Shown: positions 1 through 13,496 of the stretch, piece after piece
Position numbering within the stretch: position 1 is the first letter of the stretch
Layout: each line of letters starts with the position of its first letter
NCBI RefSeq assembly: GCF_001194135.2
Contig: NC_068998.1
Span: 22,545,069-22,609,068, forward strand
Length of the DNA: 64,000 nucleotides
Origin: Octopus bimaculoides
Taxonomy: Eukaryota
Direction of reading: 5' to 3'
Notes under the pieces: model-generated
What the model was told of the DNA's origin: nothing
What the model saw: the letters and a program-made list of their open reading frames with translations, nothing else
Databases searched by the model: none
Program-made: the position numbers and the translations under genes

Positions 1-1625
1 ATGCTCAGCTGTCCTCGTAGCGGCTGCTAACAACAAATCGGCTGTCTGACACGTGAAACTCATCTCTTCTATAAAAAGAAGAAAGCATATGTAATCCGAT
101 ATAATCAGCAAGGATGCAGGTAGTATGTGACTGAAGCAACACCGCTCAACCCTTCAGAGATAGCTTCTTGACCCATTTCTGAATGAGAGTGTCTATACTG
201 CTCTTCACCTCCAGTTTTTCTTGACCTAGATGTCAGAAATAAACCAGACGCCACGCAGTTCAACCGATCCTTCCTTCCAGTACCCTACAAGGCGTAGTTG
301 CAGGCCCAATGACTTCTGACTAATCTTTGCTTCTGTCACTTAGAGTTGATCCAATCATCTCAACTTCCGAGATATCCGACATTAATATGGATGTATCGCA
401 TGAGGTGTGGGTTGTCGTGGAGCGATATGTTTGGGATAGTGAATGTCCGTGCGTCACCGACCAGTTCATTGACAACAAGGGCCAACATCTTGGCAATCAC
501 CTCGGCCATCATCTTGTATTCTGTGCTTCCAACTATGTATTTGTTCCCTTTGTTCGGACCCTTTCTCAGCAGCAGCACCACGTCTCGCCTCACAACACTG
601 GAAATTCATCCGTTCTATTGCTAGTTGTTGTAGATAATTTCCGAGTGATCACCGAACAATCTGGCATATGGAGATGAAGCTCGATGTACATAATATCCAG
701 CTCCGGAGACTACTCCCTTTTGCAAAAGGTTATCTCCTCTACAACGTCATAGGGTTTTATTGGCATTTATCAGAACACTTCACACCCAGCGAAGGACGAT
801 TTATGCCATCGAGGTAGGAGGTGAAATCCATCCTTGTGTCCGACCGACCGTGTGTTTCATATAGTTCAGCAAAGTGTTGCTGGAATACCGCACACATTTG
901 CTTGGACCCCAGTAACAGGAGCCTGTCCCCGTCAAACAAAACCAAATTTTCGCTTTGTCTTCACTTTACGCCTGCTCTACCCACGCCCATCGAAAACCTG
1001 TCATTCTTTCGTGTATTATAGCATGCACCCTAGCTGATAATGTACCCTTCGTACTTGGAATATAAGCATTTATCTTACCACCACCATGCCGATCGTTCTT
1101 CTTCTCTACTAATTGTCTCTTCCAGTTTCCTGACTAGTTCACACTTTATTCTAGATTCCTGTAATGCTATTGCTTTAATACAAATTACCGTCTCTTCCTT
1201 AATAGATCTTTACAGGGATATCCGCGACAGGTTATTGAGGATTGGACTGAATAATTTCCGATTTATTTACTTGCAAACCCAGTCTTTGCAACTCGACGCG
1301 CCAGGAAAGACGAGTTTAGATTGCACTATCCCATCGGATAGTCACAATCGATCCAGGCTTATTAGAAGCTTTCCAATCGCCCACTTGTACTAAAGATTAA
1401 GACAGCCCCGCAAAATATCTCTACGTTTTGGAGAAAATCCGACTGCCCTGCTACATTTCGGTGTACAGAGCAACTAGTCTAAAAGCATTACCCAGTATTG
1501 ATCATATCCAGGACTACCAACTTGCGTGCAGGTGCAGGAAGATTGTCCGAACCTCGAAATCCAGTTCTTTCCTAAACAGCAGAGCCACTACGCCTCCAAT
1601 TTCAGGCCTACAAAGTGATGTCTAG
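1..1625 (-). mobile_element. Degenerate L1/Tx1-like LINE ORF2 fragment (APE endonuclease to early RT)
   Basis: Minus-strand translation across stops and frameshifts gives GGVVALLFRKELDFEVRTIFL..GNAFRLVALY..VGDW (APE-like) and KGPNKG...TEYKMMAEVIAKMLALVVNELVGDARTFTIPNISLHDNPHLMRYI (RT region like DYKILAKVLA..IHDNLHLMR). Confidence 0.75.
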
Positions 1626-1849
1626 ATCGATGAGAATCATGTGGGGAAAAAGACTATACCGTTACTACCTTATATAAATACAAAACATTGCAGCTGAGGA
1701 GTCTTTGATAAGGCTGAAGGAGGGAGACACTAGGAAAGAAACAAGTGCTCATAATATCTGCTTAAATACAATCACTACGGGCGAATACCATTAAGGCCAA
1801 AGAGACAAATATGCGAAAGCATAAAGTGCAGTGTATGTCATAAGGAAGA

Positions 1850-2070
1850 TGATTCCTTTATCAAAATATGTTCCTGCATTCCTTTGGCGCAGAAGGATTA
1901 TAGATGCAGATACGACAGTGTGGCAAGGCAAAACACTGGGATACATTACGACAAACAGGTTTAAAAATGAAAGAGAATGATACGAACATGAACCAGAAGG
2001 TGCATTAAAGAACGACCAGGGAAGGTTTTATGGGATGTTAATGTACAGTCTGATCAATAAATTGATGACA
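1850..2070 (+). mobile_element. Dong/R4-like RLE LINE, C-terminal zinc-knuckle/RLE-proximal fragment
   Basis: Frameshifted reading resembles LAQKDYRCRxDSVARQxHWD...YEHEPEGALxNDQGxxxWD, the same motif series as 5850-6175. Confidence 0.65.
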
Positions 2071-2759
2071 GATGACCAGATGTTATGGTTCTTGACGAGG
2101 AGGAAAAACAAACTGTGAACACCTGTAAAAGTTTTGTAAAATATTTCTGGAATAAACGAATAACAAATTCGGATTCAGCGTCAGAACTTACATCTATACG
2201 ATACATTAAAAATATTGTTTTTGAAGATAATTGTAAACAAGAGACGAAAACCACAAAGATCCCCTTTCTTTTTTCCTTGACTACTCGAATATGTAAACAT
2301 TCCTTTTATTGCATCAACATAATTAAATGCACGAGAAAAATAAGGAGATAAGCACCTGCCAATATATACAAACTGCACAATTACGAAATCTGTAAATCAC
2401 AGGAAAAATTCTAAAAAGAAAAGAAAAATTCAAAAAATTATATAAAGAAATTTACAAATTCAAAAATTTTACAATCTAAAATCTGTGTATAATTATTATT
2501 TCTACTATCAGGAATTACAAGCAGAACAAAGTGAATTGGTTCTTTCCAAGGTTCTTTCCAAGGCCAAGGTCAGCACTTTCATTGATCGCTAGTAGTAGTA
2601 TACACATTTATGATTATCTCAAATACAAGACGAAAGTCAAAACTATAGAACATTTAAAAATACCACTCAATAGTAGGAACAAATATGGCACGTTTAAATA
2701 AATAACGGTTATACTGTTGTCACGGTCATAAAGGTTAAACACAACGATACAGATCAAGG

Positions 2760-4217
2760 CACTCTTGGTGGTAACTAAAGATGAGCAATGCCGTAATAGC
2801 AACGCTAAAGTAACTGTAACGCCATTAATGGCGGAGTTGGCAACAGTCGCAGTAGCAACAACCGTGTCTACATGTTACACAATACAGGGCTCAATGCTAA
2901 TAATTTTAATGTACTACAAATGTCTTACGAAAGAAAAAGGAAAGCTACTACAGTATATCATATCGCTTGTGCTATGGTTAATCTGGAGGTGCGTTCTCCA
3001 GGAGAGTGTGAGTATGGTGTCGAAAAGTCATTCACGGGCACAAACCTTTCTCTTAATACGAACCTGGATGGTCACTTGAACAGAAACTGCTCCAGCTCGA
3101 GCCCTCGAAGTCCACCACCACACCCACCACAGAAAGAACAATGGAAGAGGATCAAATGGACCCGAGAAGTGTATACAGAAATAACTTATGCCTATTACTA
3201 TGCATTAGGCAGGCCATCTGAAGAGAAACACACCACACAATCTTATCAAATATGCAGAGTACAGAATCAAGACAGCAGACTATATTTGAACGAAATCAAC
3301 ATAGCAAATGTTAGGAGGGATATCTTCATAAATAAAATACTCACAGATAGTGAAATAACCGCGATCAAGCACGCAACAAAAAGTGACCTAAATATAAGAC
3401 AGAAAGGAAATGAAGAACCAGACGAAGTGAGCAACACACCACGAGTCTCAATTGAAAGACTGCCATCTAACCAGAACAGGCAAACATCTGCAGAAATAAA
3501 TTGTAATGGACCTGGTAAAGATAGCGAGTAAAGTGGTAAAGAAACAATATTTGAAGACTACACATTTACTGAAGACCACAGAGTATCTATGATGGAACTG
3601 CAACAGAAAATCCTGAATGAGGTTGAAGTTGTAAAACGTGCCAATATGCATGATAAAGAATTGCTTCATAGACTCTGAAATACAATCCAAAACAGAAAGC
3701 AAATTAAAACTAAAACTATGTAAGAAAAGAAATTATACAAAAACTACAATTGGGCTCTACGCAGCTGCTAAGACAATTGAAACCAGTTGTATGACTTCAA
3801 AAAAAAAAGTAATACAAACATGAGAAGAACTCCAAAGTGGAAAACTAAAATTGAAAATGAGATTGAAGGAAAGGGAGGTGAAATGTCAATATTAAATTAA
3901 TTACTCTGCGACAACGATGTAAAAGGAGGCAAAATGAAGAGAAAACATAGATTCTCACCAAGAGCAAAACTGCGTTCAGCAAAAAAAAAACACTGCAAAG
4001 AAAAAAGTCCAAGTAAAAAGTGAAAGAATACGAAGATTTGAGAAGAGAAACACATTTTACAAGCAAAATAAGCTGTTCAGTTCCAATGCGAAAACGTTCT
4101 ACAGGGAAACACGAAAGGAGAAAATAACCGCTGAAGAACCCTTCTGCTATGGAAGAAGTTGAAAATTTATGAAAAAATATCTGTAGTAATGAAAACACTT
4201 ACAATGAAAATGCAGCG
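2760..4217 (+). mobile_element. Dong/R4-like LINE 5' portion (N-terminal ORF, pre-RT), disrupted
   Basis: ORF 2872-3531 (KRIKWTREVYTEITYAYYYA...NVRRDIFINKILTDSEITAIK). Downstream, frameshifted, VQVKSERIRRFEKRNTFYKQNKLFSSNAKTFYRE..EEVENF, typical of the R4-clade N-terminal region. Truncated at a (TG)n tract. Confidence 0.7.
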
Positions 4218-4525
4218 TGTATTAGACGCACAGTGTGTGTGTGTGTGCGTGTTTTGCAACTGTACCGTGTTTGTATGTATGGATGTACATCATATGTTTG
4301 GACACGTGTCTCCATATGTGTCCTTCTGTGAAGTAAACTGTGTGTATACATATGGTCATGTGTTTCAGTCTCCATTTGCGTGTGTGAGCTTGTCTGTTCA
4401 TATAACATATGTACCTCTGCGACTGTATGTTGACCTGTTTATTTCATATCCATATGCTTACATACATGTGCATAGACACATATATACATACACCCACCCG
4501 CACACACATACATATCTATCTACAT
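4218..4525. repeat. Degenerate (TG)/(TA)/(CA) microsatellite-derived low-complexity tract
   Basis: Runs of gtgtgt, gtatgt and cacaca seen directly. Confidence 0.85.
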
Positions 4526-4599
4526 AACAGCCCACTAGCTATTCTACTCAACCTGTGTAAACTGTGCGTATGGGGATATGATATCTACTATGTATATTT

Positions 4600-5420
4600 C
4601 CTATTTAGTATTGGGGAAGTTTCATATATAAGGACGTACTCCCGTATTTGTCTGAGTGTTGGGTCTTTTGGGCGCTTGGATAATATGCGGATGTCAAGTT
4701 GACCCAAGTTGCCTCCATGTTGGTCTTTGGCATGTTGGTAGAGTATAGAGGACTGGTTTTCGTTGTCATATTGTCTCAGATGTTCATTTATTCATTCTAC
4801 AAGGCTCCTAGATGTCTCCCCTATGTATGTCATGATCCTGTCTTTAGAAGCACCTTTGCATCTTATGCTGTAGACTACATTTCTAGTTCTACAGGTAATG
4901 CCAGGGCTAATCCTACATACCATGCAGATATCACTGGTGCATATGGCATTCTCAAAGGGGCATGTCCTACATAGTTGTGACCTGACCAAATTCCCTGGCT
5001 TTTCAACTATCTTAATGTTGAGTTTGGTCTCCTTCAGAGCTTTTCTAAATCTACGGGCTAGTTTTCCATGGGCTGCGGCCTCTACAAATATCACTCCTTG
5101 GTATTTGTCGGTTTTATACCACTTGTTCGCTCTGTTTGCTTTGTCACAAGTTCTTTGCATCCTATTCCATTTTTTGTTTCTATATCTAGGGCAGGTACCA
5201 CTGGTATCATTACGTATGATGTTATCTAATTTCTGTCTAGACCCTCTTTATACTCAAACCCTATCTTTCTGATTATATCCAGAGAACTGCATGCGGTGCA
5301 TGAAGTTCTGTATATGCTTTTTCATTTGATAGGTTTCGCATAGTGGGGACACATTGTTCATTATTCTAACTAAGTCTGCTATCAGTATGTTAATTTTCAT
5401 GTTGTGTAACAAAGCTGAGT
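4600..5420 (-). mobile_element. Penelope-like element, Neptune-type, thumb/linker plus GIY-YIG endonuclease remnant
   Basis: ORF 4792-5160: KWYKTDKYQGVIFVE...CxxxxCMVC...TCRTRNVVYSIRCKG...TYIGETSRSLVE. The Cys-rich linker and VVY/YIGET GIY-YIG motifs are present; frameshifted on both sides. Confidence 0.85.
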
Positions 5421-5469
5421 TCTCGTAAACAACGAAATTTTAGGAAAATAAATATTAGAAATAAGTGGA

Positions 5470-6175
5470 AATTTTACCGTTGAGTGTGTCAAATTATAAG
5501 GCACAAAAAGGAATATGACTCTTCTCAGACACAACAGATTACGTATGATCCTTGGAGAGAAAAGGGATTGTTTCAACTCACGGAACAGAGACTATGTGAT
5601 CAAGCTAGAACAATAAGAAAAATCATTGGTTCACAGAAGTAGAACTCGAAGCAATCAAAAGACGGGACTTGGAAAATAGCAGTAGAGATAACAATGAAGA
5701 TATAGGTCTTAATAATAAGAGTAATCTCATAGCACAGGAAAAGAGCAGTGGTAGTTGACTTGATGAGAGACATATAGATGATATAAAAGCAGACAATAAA
5801 ACTAATGGCGACATGACAGATGAACGAAAGGCAATCTAAGACATTATAAATGCAAGACTACTGGAAAACGATAGCGACGTTATTTGCAAACTTAAAAATT
5901 TTGATTGTATGGCATATTACCCGCAAATATACGCCACTAGCCCAGAAGGAATATAAGAGACGCCACGACAACATAGCCAGGTTTGTCCATTGGGCACTTT
6001 GCAACAAGTATGATCTTGATAGAGGAAAAAATTGGTACGACCACAAGCCTGAAGGCGTCGTCGAAAATAGAAATGCAAAGATCCTTTGGGATTTTATGAT
6101 TCACTACGACCATGAGATAGAGGAGAGGAAGCCGGAGATCGTAGGGATTGGACGAAGTCTCTTTATAATAGATCC
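5470..6175 (+). mobile_element. Dong/R4-like LINE remnant, N-terminal segment fused to C-terminal ZnF/RLE segment
   Basis: 5560-5670 reads [38 protein letters not shown] (with a frameshift). 5930-6170 reads LAQKEYKRRHDNIARFVHWALCNKY..WYDHKPEGVVENRNAKILWDF..RKPEIV. The RT is absent between them. Confidence 0.8.
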
Positions 6176-8779
6176 ATTCTAATGAACATGGGTTAGGTAA
6201 TGAGTACGAAATTTATTCATGACAAATGTGGTTATAATTAAAATTAGATGTGGATATGCAGTTTATGCCCAGTGAATATACTGTAGACGTTCCTTTGGCT
6301 GGTGTGAAATTCCCTTTTGCAAGCAGACGGATCAAGTTACCCGCTAGAGTTTAATTCCTACGCATATCCCATCAGCTTCGAATACAGTGTAAAAATAGCT
6401 ACTCATATCAATAGAGCTGTTTTTTTTATATATAAAGCAATGTTACTAACATCACATAGTCAATTGTCAATTTCTAATATTTGCATTAAAAACATAGAAC
6501 TAATTTAAGATGTTGACTATAAAGGTGAAAAGAAATCTATTGTTTTATAGTAAACTGGATATTAATGCATATAATTTGAGACCCGGATCAAAATAGTTAT
6601 CAGAGCCTTTCATTTTTACGTCCTAGTTCCATATAAGTGTCTTAATATTAAAATTTAATCACATGTACATGTTTTGTAGATACCTTATCTAAAAGCAATC
6701 ATTTCTGCCTAGCGCAAGACATTGTGTATACGTTATACATTCGCATCGATAAACTAGAATGATGTATAAACCTATTTGTATATTTTCGATATATTATTTC
6801 TTTTATTTTTTAATTGTAAATGCATGGATAATGTAACAGAAATATCGTCATATAAAGAATATTTAAATCCAGTTATATCCTTAAATTCCCTTGTGTTTGC
6901 TCGAAGCTATTATTAACGTAGTCTTCAAAGTATATTTTAAATATCCTACTGAGTATGTTATTTTCAGCAAATTTTAATAATCAGTAATATTTAGCTGTTG
7001 GCAATTTCCAATTTCTCTGCATCTTTTCAGGTTTCTAATCATTGTGCTTATGTTTGCTTATAGCCCTAAGCTTCCACGTAAATTGTGGGATTATATTATA
7101 GTTACTTATTTCATAACACTGATACTAAAATGTGCAACAGAACAAGTCAGAAGCACACATACACAAATACATACATAGACGCATATATGCATACGCGCAA
7201 AGGCTGACACATAGTAAGTTTCTGGTCGGTTGTTTAGATAAATCCAGACATGATTGAAAAAAATAGTTGTTAAAGTTTCTAAAGTTTCTTATGTATACGT
7301 ATTGGTTTATTATATAACTTCTACTTATTGATAAGAAAGTATTAATCACAAGCGCTGCCAAATAAAATTCAGTTAAATTTCTGAGTTTTATTTGGTATTC
7401 GGTTCCCTGCAGTAATCAAGTTTAATACAACTGAATAGTGCTTTATATATTTGTGAAGGCCATATTTTGGCAGATCATTTTCGAAATTGATTCTAAGTTA
7501 ACCAAATCTAAACTTTGGTATGTATATAAATGTCATCAGTAATATAACTTTATCTTCTTTGAATGGCTAAATTCTTTACGAGTTATTTTACCCATGTGTT
7601 TTAGAATTTTGTGATTCAAAAGAAATAGAACATAAGAGAATTACATTTATATAATTTAGGTATCATTCTAATATTTTGATCAGGAAAGAATTGTCGATTA
7701 TTAACTAATATTATAATATTTGGTATTAAGAGAAATTGTGTAGTTATTTGTTAGGAAATTGAAAGGACGTTATCTCACCTTAACAAGAACTATATTTTGT
7801 ACACGTTTGGTTTAGCATTAATAATTTTGCTCAATTCATAGCAACTGATTTGTTGCATTCTCAACCTGGCTATGTTATGTTAGACGATCAAGCATGTTAG
7901 CCGTATGGACTTCACTAATATTGAATGGGTATGCTATATATCACAGCCATCCATGAACAAAAAATACTTTGAAAATGTTTAAAAGCTGATTTAATTTCTC
8001 TATTTAATCTGAAGTTTGTAGTTACAGAATAACGAATACACGAATAAATTATGAAATGTCACAATGTACAGAAATTTACGAAGAAATGTGCACTTCTTGC
8101 AAAATAACCTTCCACATTTGTCGTCAAATAATACCTTTCAACAAAATTCTTCGGAAATCTTCCATATGCAAAATATTTTTTATTTGATAGAAGTTACTGC
8201 GTGTGTTAAAATTACATTCGAGTAATTCAAATATAATGCAGTAGCATTTTAACAAACCTTAAAAATAAATGAATCCAGATGCCTTCCCTTACTCGCCGTA
8301 CAGACCTTTACTGCATATACTTAATTGCGTGCGGAAAGATAATGTAAGTCGATTTGCTTTACTTTACTCAATTTAGAAGAAGATAAAAGGTCATACGTAG
8401 CATTAAGAATTTATACTGAGGAATATCATCTACTTTGAGAGGTTAGCTCTGCACATAAAGTATGCTTAAGTGATAATCTGATCTTGAACGGACTCACATT
8501 CGCTGGGTTAGATTTACAAATTTATGAACAAAGACTTCAATGAACTGGGCCAGTTACCAATAAAATACAATTTTGTTCAATTAACATTTCATTGACTAAG
8601 CATTTCACATTCTGCAAATGCACACGTGCTTTTCTAATTCATCCATCCATTCATCCAAGCATCTATACATGCATTAATCCATCAATCCATACGTTCATAC
8701 ATAAATCGGAATATGTTTCTCCTTAATATGTGTTATGCAATGTTGTAGGTATGTCCTCCACAGTGTGCAAATCATGTAG

Positions 8780-9960
8780 CGCTCGCGACGGTGCTGCTGG
8801 GAATAAAGATTCGATGTTTTCAGGCGATCCTTTCAATTAAAATCTATAATGCCCTGTATATTTTTAGGAAATACTCCATGAGATAACTCAATTCACATAA
8901 TGCCTCTTTTCATGTGGTGAAACCAGAAGGGTAGCAGCATTCAGCTGTGGATGCAAAAAGGAGGAGCAGAGCTCGATGATGAGATCTTGTCCTCTGAGCC
9001 AGACAGCTATAAGTATTCAAGAGCTCATCCTTCGGGGCATATCGACTTTATTTTTGATTTGGACACTCAGGTTTTAGTAACTCGAAGTCCCTCATAATAT
9101 TGGATGCTGTGAATAGTTCCTCTAAAGGAAGACAATATAATTGTTTGGGAGCAGCTTTTTCCCAAATGTATGAGTTCAAGTTTACTCTGATTTAATCGCA
9201 TGTTGTTTTACTCTGTCCATTGGCTTACAACATCTGGATCAAACTGGAGTTCTATTCCGTCTACCTTCCACTTGTTTCTGAAGCTTGAAAACAGAGAATA
9301 ATTTTAATTGGCTCCATTAAATGCACTTGAGATGTTGTTCATTTAGTCTATAAACAGAAGCAAACCCCAAAATTAACCTGGAGTCATCAATGGTGAATTA
9401 TGCTTCACTTGAGTGGATTCCACCGATTCCAACATGTGTTCTGTTCGCCAGGAAATATTTAATCAAGTGTAGCAGTTTACTACCAGCTTCAATATTTGAC
9501 AAATTTGACAGGAAGATATTGTCATCATGGTATAAGATATCGAAGCACATATCCGATGACAAGGATTTAAGGAGATCATATATGTAATGTAACAGCTGTG
9601 TTAGGCAGTGCCTATATCCGCGATATATTGAGAACGTTGTGGTTCTCCAGGAATCCAGTTACCCTTGATTCCACTACCCTTTCAAAGAATTTGAAGATAT
9701 TCCACTACCCTTTCAAACAATTTTAAGTCGGAGCAGATTGAGCAACAGTAAACTACAGGTGCATGCTTCGCAAGTTGAAGACCTCGATGACACAAAGCTA
9801 TGAGAAATATTTCGATATATAGACTGAGTCTCAAAAATTTCTCCTGGAGTTAGATAGAGGGGTTGCAAGTTAATGACTGCATAACTTCAGGGAACTAACA
9901 TGGAAACTCCCAGGGCCTAGTGCAGAATAAATCTTGCTTTCAGTTAAGTCAGCCTTAAAG
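8780..9960 (-). mobile_element. Degenerate CR1-like LINE RT fragment
   Basis: Minus strand gives FERVVESRVTGFLENHNVL and CLTQLLHYIYDLLKSLSSDMCFDILYHD (compare SCLTQLL..DVIYLDFAKAFD), then KLLHLIKYFLANRTHV. Many stops. Confidence 0.65.
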
Positions 9961-10180
9961 TTCCGCAAGTTCCTTATGAGGACCGACCCCGTCAGGCACT
10001 AGTAGCCGAATGGGGAGAAAACATAACATTCCAATTCAGCCACATCTCTTCGACAAGAATCGTTCCTATGAGGATCCGAATCAAACTTCTTTACATAGTA
10101 ACATATGTAACTAGTACTAAAAGCGTTGAGCGCTTCTACCGCTTTCTCATTCACTTGCAAATATATATATATATATATAC

Positions 10181-10261
10181 ATGGTTCCGAGTTCCGCCCC
10201 ACTGGGGAAGTGTTGTCTACTATATTCTCGCGCCAACCAATGCTTTTTGAGTGAATTTAGG
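10181..10261 (+). mobile_element. tRNA-derived SINE fragment (family shared with 13497-13660)
   Basis: atggttccgagttccgccccactg...gcgccaaccaatgctttttgagtgaattt matches the reverse complement of 13520-13620. Confidence 0.7.
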
Positions 10262-10660
10262 AACGAGTCGGGTTGTGAGGTTGGGTTAGGGAAGAAGCTG
10301 TGGACCAAGTGGTCTCGTAGGTTGTGGGCTCGTTTGAAGGAGAGGAGGGGTCAGTTAGGGAAGATGTGCGAAGTGGAGGGGTCAGACTGGAGTCACCGGA
10401 AGGCTCGGAGAATGGTGAGTTGGAGACATAGGGTGGTGAGGTGGTAGATGAGGGGAAACGGGAGGCGGGAGATGGCAGGGAGGGTTCTTGGGGAGAGAGA
10501 AGATGCACGGTACACCATAGAACGCGCTCTGGCAAGGGCGGTGTGGATATTCGTGAGGGGATATCCACGTGGGATGAAGTGGCGAGCCATGCGTTGACAC
10601 TGAGTCTCAAAGTCATGGTCGCCGCTACAGAGCCTGCGAACTGAGGTATGTTCTGTTAAG
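10262..10660 (-). mobile_element. Penelope-like element RT C-terminal/thumb fragment
   Basis: RRLCSGDHDFETQCQRMARHFIPRGYPLTNIHTALARARS..RLPFPLIYH..TILRAFR, then approximately NLRDHLVHS in the next frame; a typical PLE thumb/linker. Confidence 0.8.
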
Positions 10661-11025
10661 AACTTATAAGAGTCCAAATAGAGTTCGTTCACTCTTAGAA
10701 TTCCCAAATAGCCGGTAGTATTCGTATGGTATGCTACCAATTCTAGTCTTCGGTATTCCTCGTGTGTGAAAATAAAAAAAAGTACAAAGAAAAGAAGAAG
10801 TCCTGGATGTTGTAGCATGGAAATCTAAATATACTTACAGAGACAGCAACTGAGTATCACCTCAAATGATACATATAGATCTTCCTATACAAGTAAATCT
10901 TTACATAATTTAATGTAAACTAAACTTTAAATCCTGTATATACGAGTATCTGTATGTATCGAAACATTTTCAACTATCGAAAAGCTGCCTAGCCGTATTT
11001 ACTCTTCCTTTTGACACTTTTACTT

Positions 11026-11049
11026 TGTATACATATACATATACATACA

Positions 11050-11121
<72 letters not shown>

Positions 11122-11226
11122 CATATTTATAACCATATGCTGCTCTTTCTCCCCTCTGTCTGTCTGCCTCTCTGTCTGCCTTTCACCTCTATCTGCCTGT
11201 CTGTCTGTCTGTCTCTCTCTCTCTCC
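11026..11226. repeat. Compound microsatellite (ACAT)n-(AT)n and (CTGT/CT)n
   Basis: Seen directly. Confidence 0.95.
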
Positions 11227-12129
11227 TGCAATGTTATCTCCACTTCAAATTTGTTTGTGGCACGTTTGGACTAATAAATAAGTCATTCACTGTGTTTTGT
11301 TATGAAGAAAATTTCTCGCGGGCCATAATGGTGTAAATACACAGAGATCAGTCAGCAACACCCGCTTTCCAGATTGGAGTACGATGGCTGATAACGCTAT
11401 GCGGCCGCTGACTGTAAATAAATTAGGAAGCGGGGGCGTTAAGCTGTGATATGTATAAATTCTTAGCTAACTCTGGTTAACTCTGGCTAAAATGCTTGAC
11501 TATATAATGATGTTTCCATTGTCCTTTCTGTTATGCATCATACAATTTTCAAGTTTAATATAGTTTTGCTTGTGAATGAAACCAAACGTGTGTAGCTTTA
11601 CTGGGGGGTATTTCCGGACATTCCGATGGGATAGTTCTGTCTATATCAATGACATTTGCCCTGTAGAACGGCCCATTTATAGGACCCTTTTTTATTCAGA
11701 GTACAGATACCGTTGAATCTGAAGTTACAGGATATTTGTGGAGTATTCCCAACGCTGGTTTTAATAGTATGATCGAACCGTACTGATCCTATAGTGCGGT
11801 GGCAAATATATCTACTTTTTGTCGTATTCTTTTATTACTTCGTAATATTTAAGGGAAGGGTGTGATGGTAAGTGTTAGGAACTGAGCAGCTATGCCTGTG
11901 GCTATGTTCATAGCCTACGTAGGATTAAATATCTGGATGTAGATACATTTAAGCTTATGCTTAGTTCAACAATCCTATGTGTTTTAAAAGATAAGTAATT
12001 CTAAACAAATGAGGAATATATTGGCCTTATTAGTTAAATATTTCATCAGAAAATAAGTTTCTCTCACTTCTCGATATGCTGGTCAGCTGTTGTTCAACGA
12101 CTGACCGCAGATAGTTAAAACCATTTATT

Positions 12130-12360
12130 GATAATTCAGGTACCATCATTAGACATTTTTCTTTGTTTGTTACTTGTTTCAGTCATTTGGCTGTGACCAT
12201 GCTGGAGCACCGTCTTAGATGGTTTTAGTCGAAGAAATAGACCCCAGGACTTATTCTTTGTAAGCGTAGTACTTATTCTATCGGTCTGTTTGGACGAACC
12301 GCAAGTTTACGGGAACGTATACACAGCAGCATCGGTTGTCAAACAATGGTGGGTGGATAA
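12130..12360 (-). mobile_element. SINE 3' portion (cagcatggccgcagtc..tgactgaaacaagta-type tail)
   Basis: Homologous to 12560-12700, 21002-21150 and 60440-60485. The orientation is inferred. Confidence 0.65.
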
Positions 12361-12559
12361 AGACATACGCGCACAAATATCTACATATGCATACATACAA
12401 ATATATATATATATATAAATATATATATATATACTTTCTTTCATGGTGCCATNNNNNNNNNNACACACACACACACACACACACACACACAACAAACATA
12501 AGTAATTTATCTTTATGCATGAGAGTGTTTTTGCATTTGTCCTCTACTACTACTTGTAA

Positions 12560-12700
12560 TTTAGCAACTTTGCAAAGTATAACCGACTGAATCAGTACCA
12601 GGCTTAAGAATAGGTTCTGGGGCTGATTTGTTTCAGTATGCCCTTCTAGTTGGTACCACAGTATGGTCGCAGAGTGACTGAGTCAAAATATAAAAGATAA
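12560..12700 (+). mobile_element. SINE fragment, inverted relative to 12130-12360
   Basis: Its reverse complement aligns by eye with 12170-12290 at roughly two-thirds identity. Confidence 0.55.
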
Positions 12701-13414
12701 ATTCTATATATACTTTAGAGACATGATTTACAATGCTTGTTCCTTCTCGAGCCATGCCTGGGTTATAAAGGCCAGTTTCCTGGTTTCATTAGCATATAAG
12801 TTCCCCACCTGGATGGGATGCTAGTCTATCACAGGTGAGTTGCTAAACGCAAGAGGAAAAAGTGAGAGAAAGTTGTGGCAAAAGTGTCAGCAGAAATGTC
12901 ATCAATAATTTCTTCGGCTTGTAAGAGTCTAGGTCTTGCTCATTTAAAAGACAAAATGCTAGGTTCACCACATGCTTGTTTCATTGCAAAATTGTTTGTT
13001 TTTTTTGCGATTAAAAACAAAAGTAAACAATAACTGTGAGTGACAGTATTAACCATGAGTCATAAACACACTTGATGACAAGGCTGCAACATGATCAGTT
13101 GTCTAATTTTAATATTTTATCTTCATGTTCTGACTTGACATTACTATGTGACTGGCAACTTGACAGAGATGACGTTTAAGCTATTCCTGTTAGAGTGGAA
13201 ACACAGTGGGCTAGGGTTAAAGAAAAGGACAGGCTTACTGTCTGGAGATACAAGAACACTTGTGAACATGTGTCTCTTCTTCAATAGGATTCATCAGCAC
13301 AATACTTGTTCATAGTTAATTTCTATTGAATATATATTAGATAAAGATAGTTGTGGCCGGTCTATGGAGTTACCCTGGGTTTCATGTCCATAAAGTGTTT
13401 AGCCTTAAGGTGTT

Positions 13415-13458
13415 TATATATATATATACATACATACGTACATACATACATACATACA

Positions 13459-13494
<36 letters not shown>

Positions 13495-13496
13495 TA
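13415..13496. repeat. (AT)n/(ACAT)n microsatellite
   Basis: Seen directly. Confidence 0.95.

Noticed and set aside
11310-11480. CpG-containing unique segment with Hox/forkhead-like motifs
   Set aside because: The motifs are short and common; an enhancer cannot be called without conservation data.
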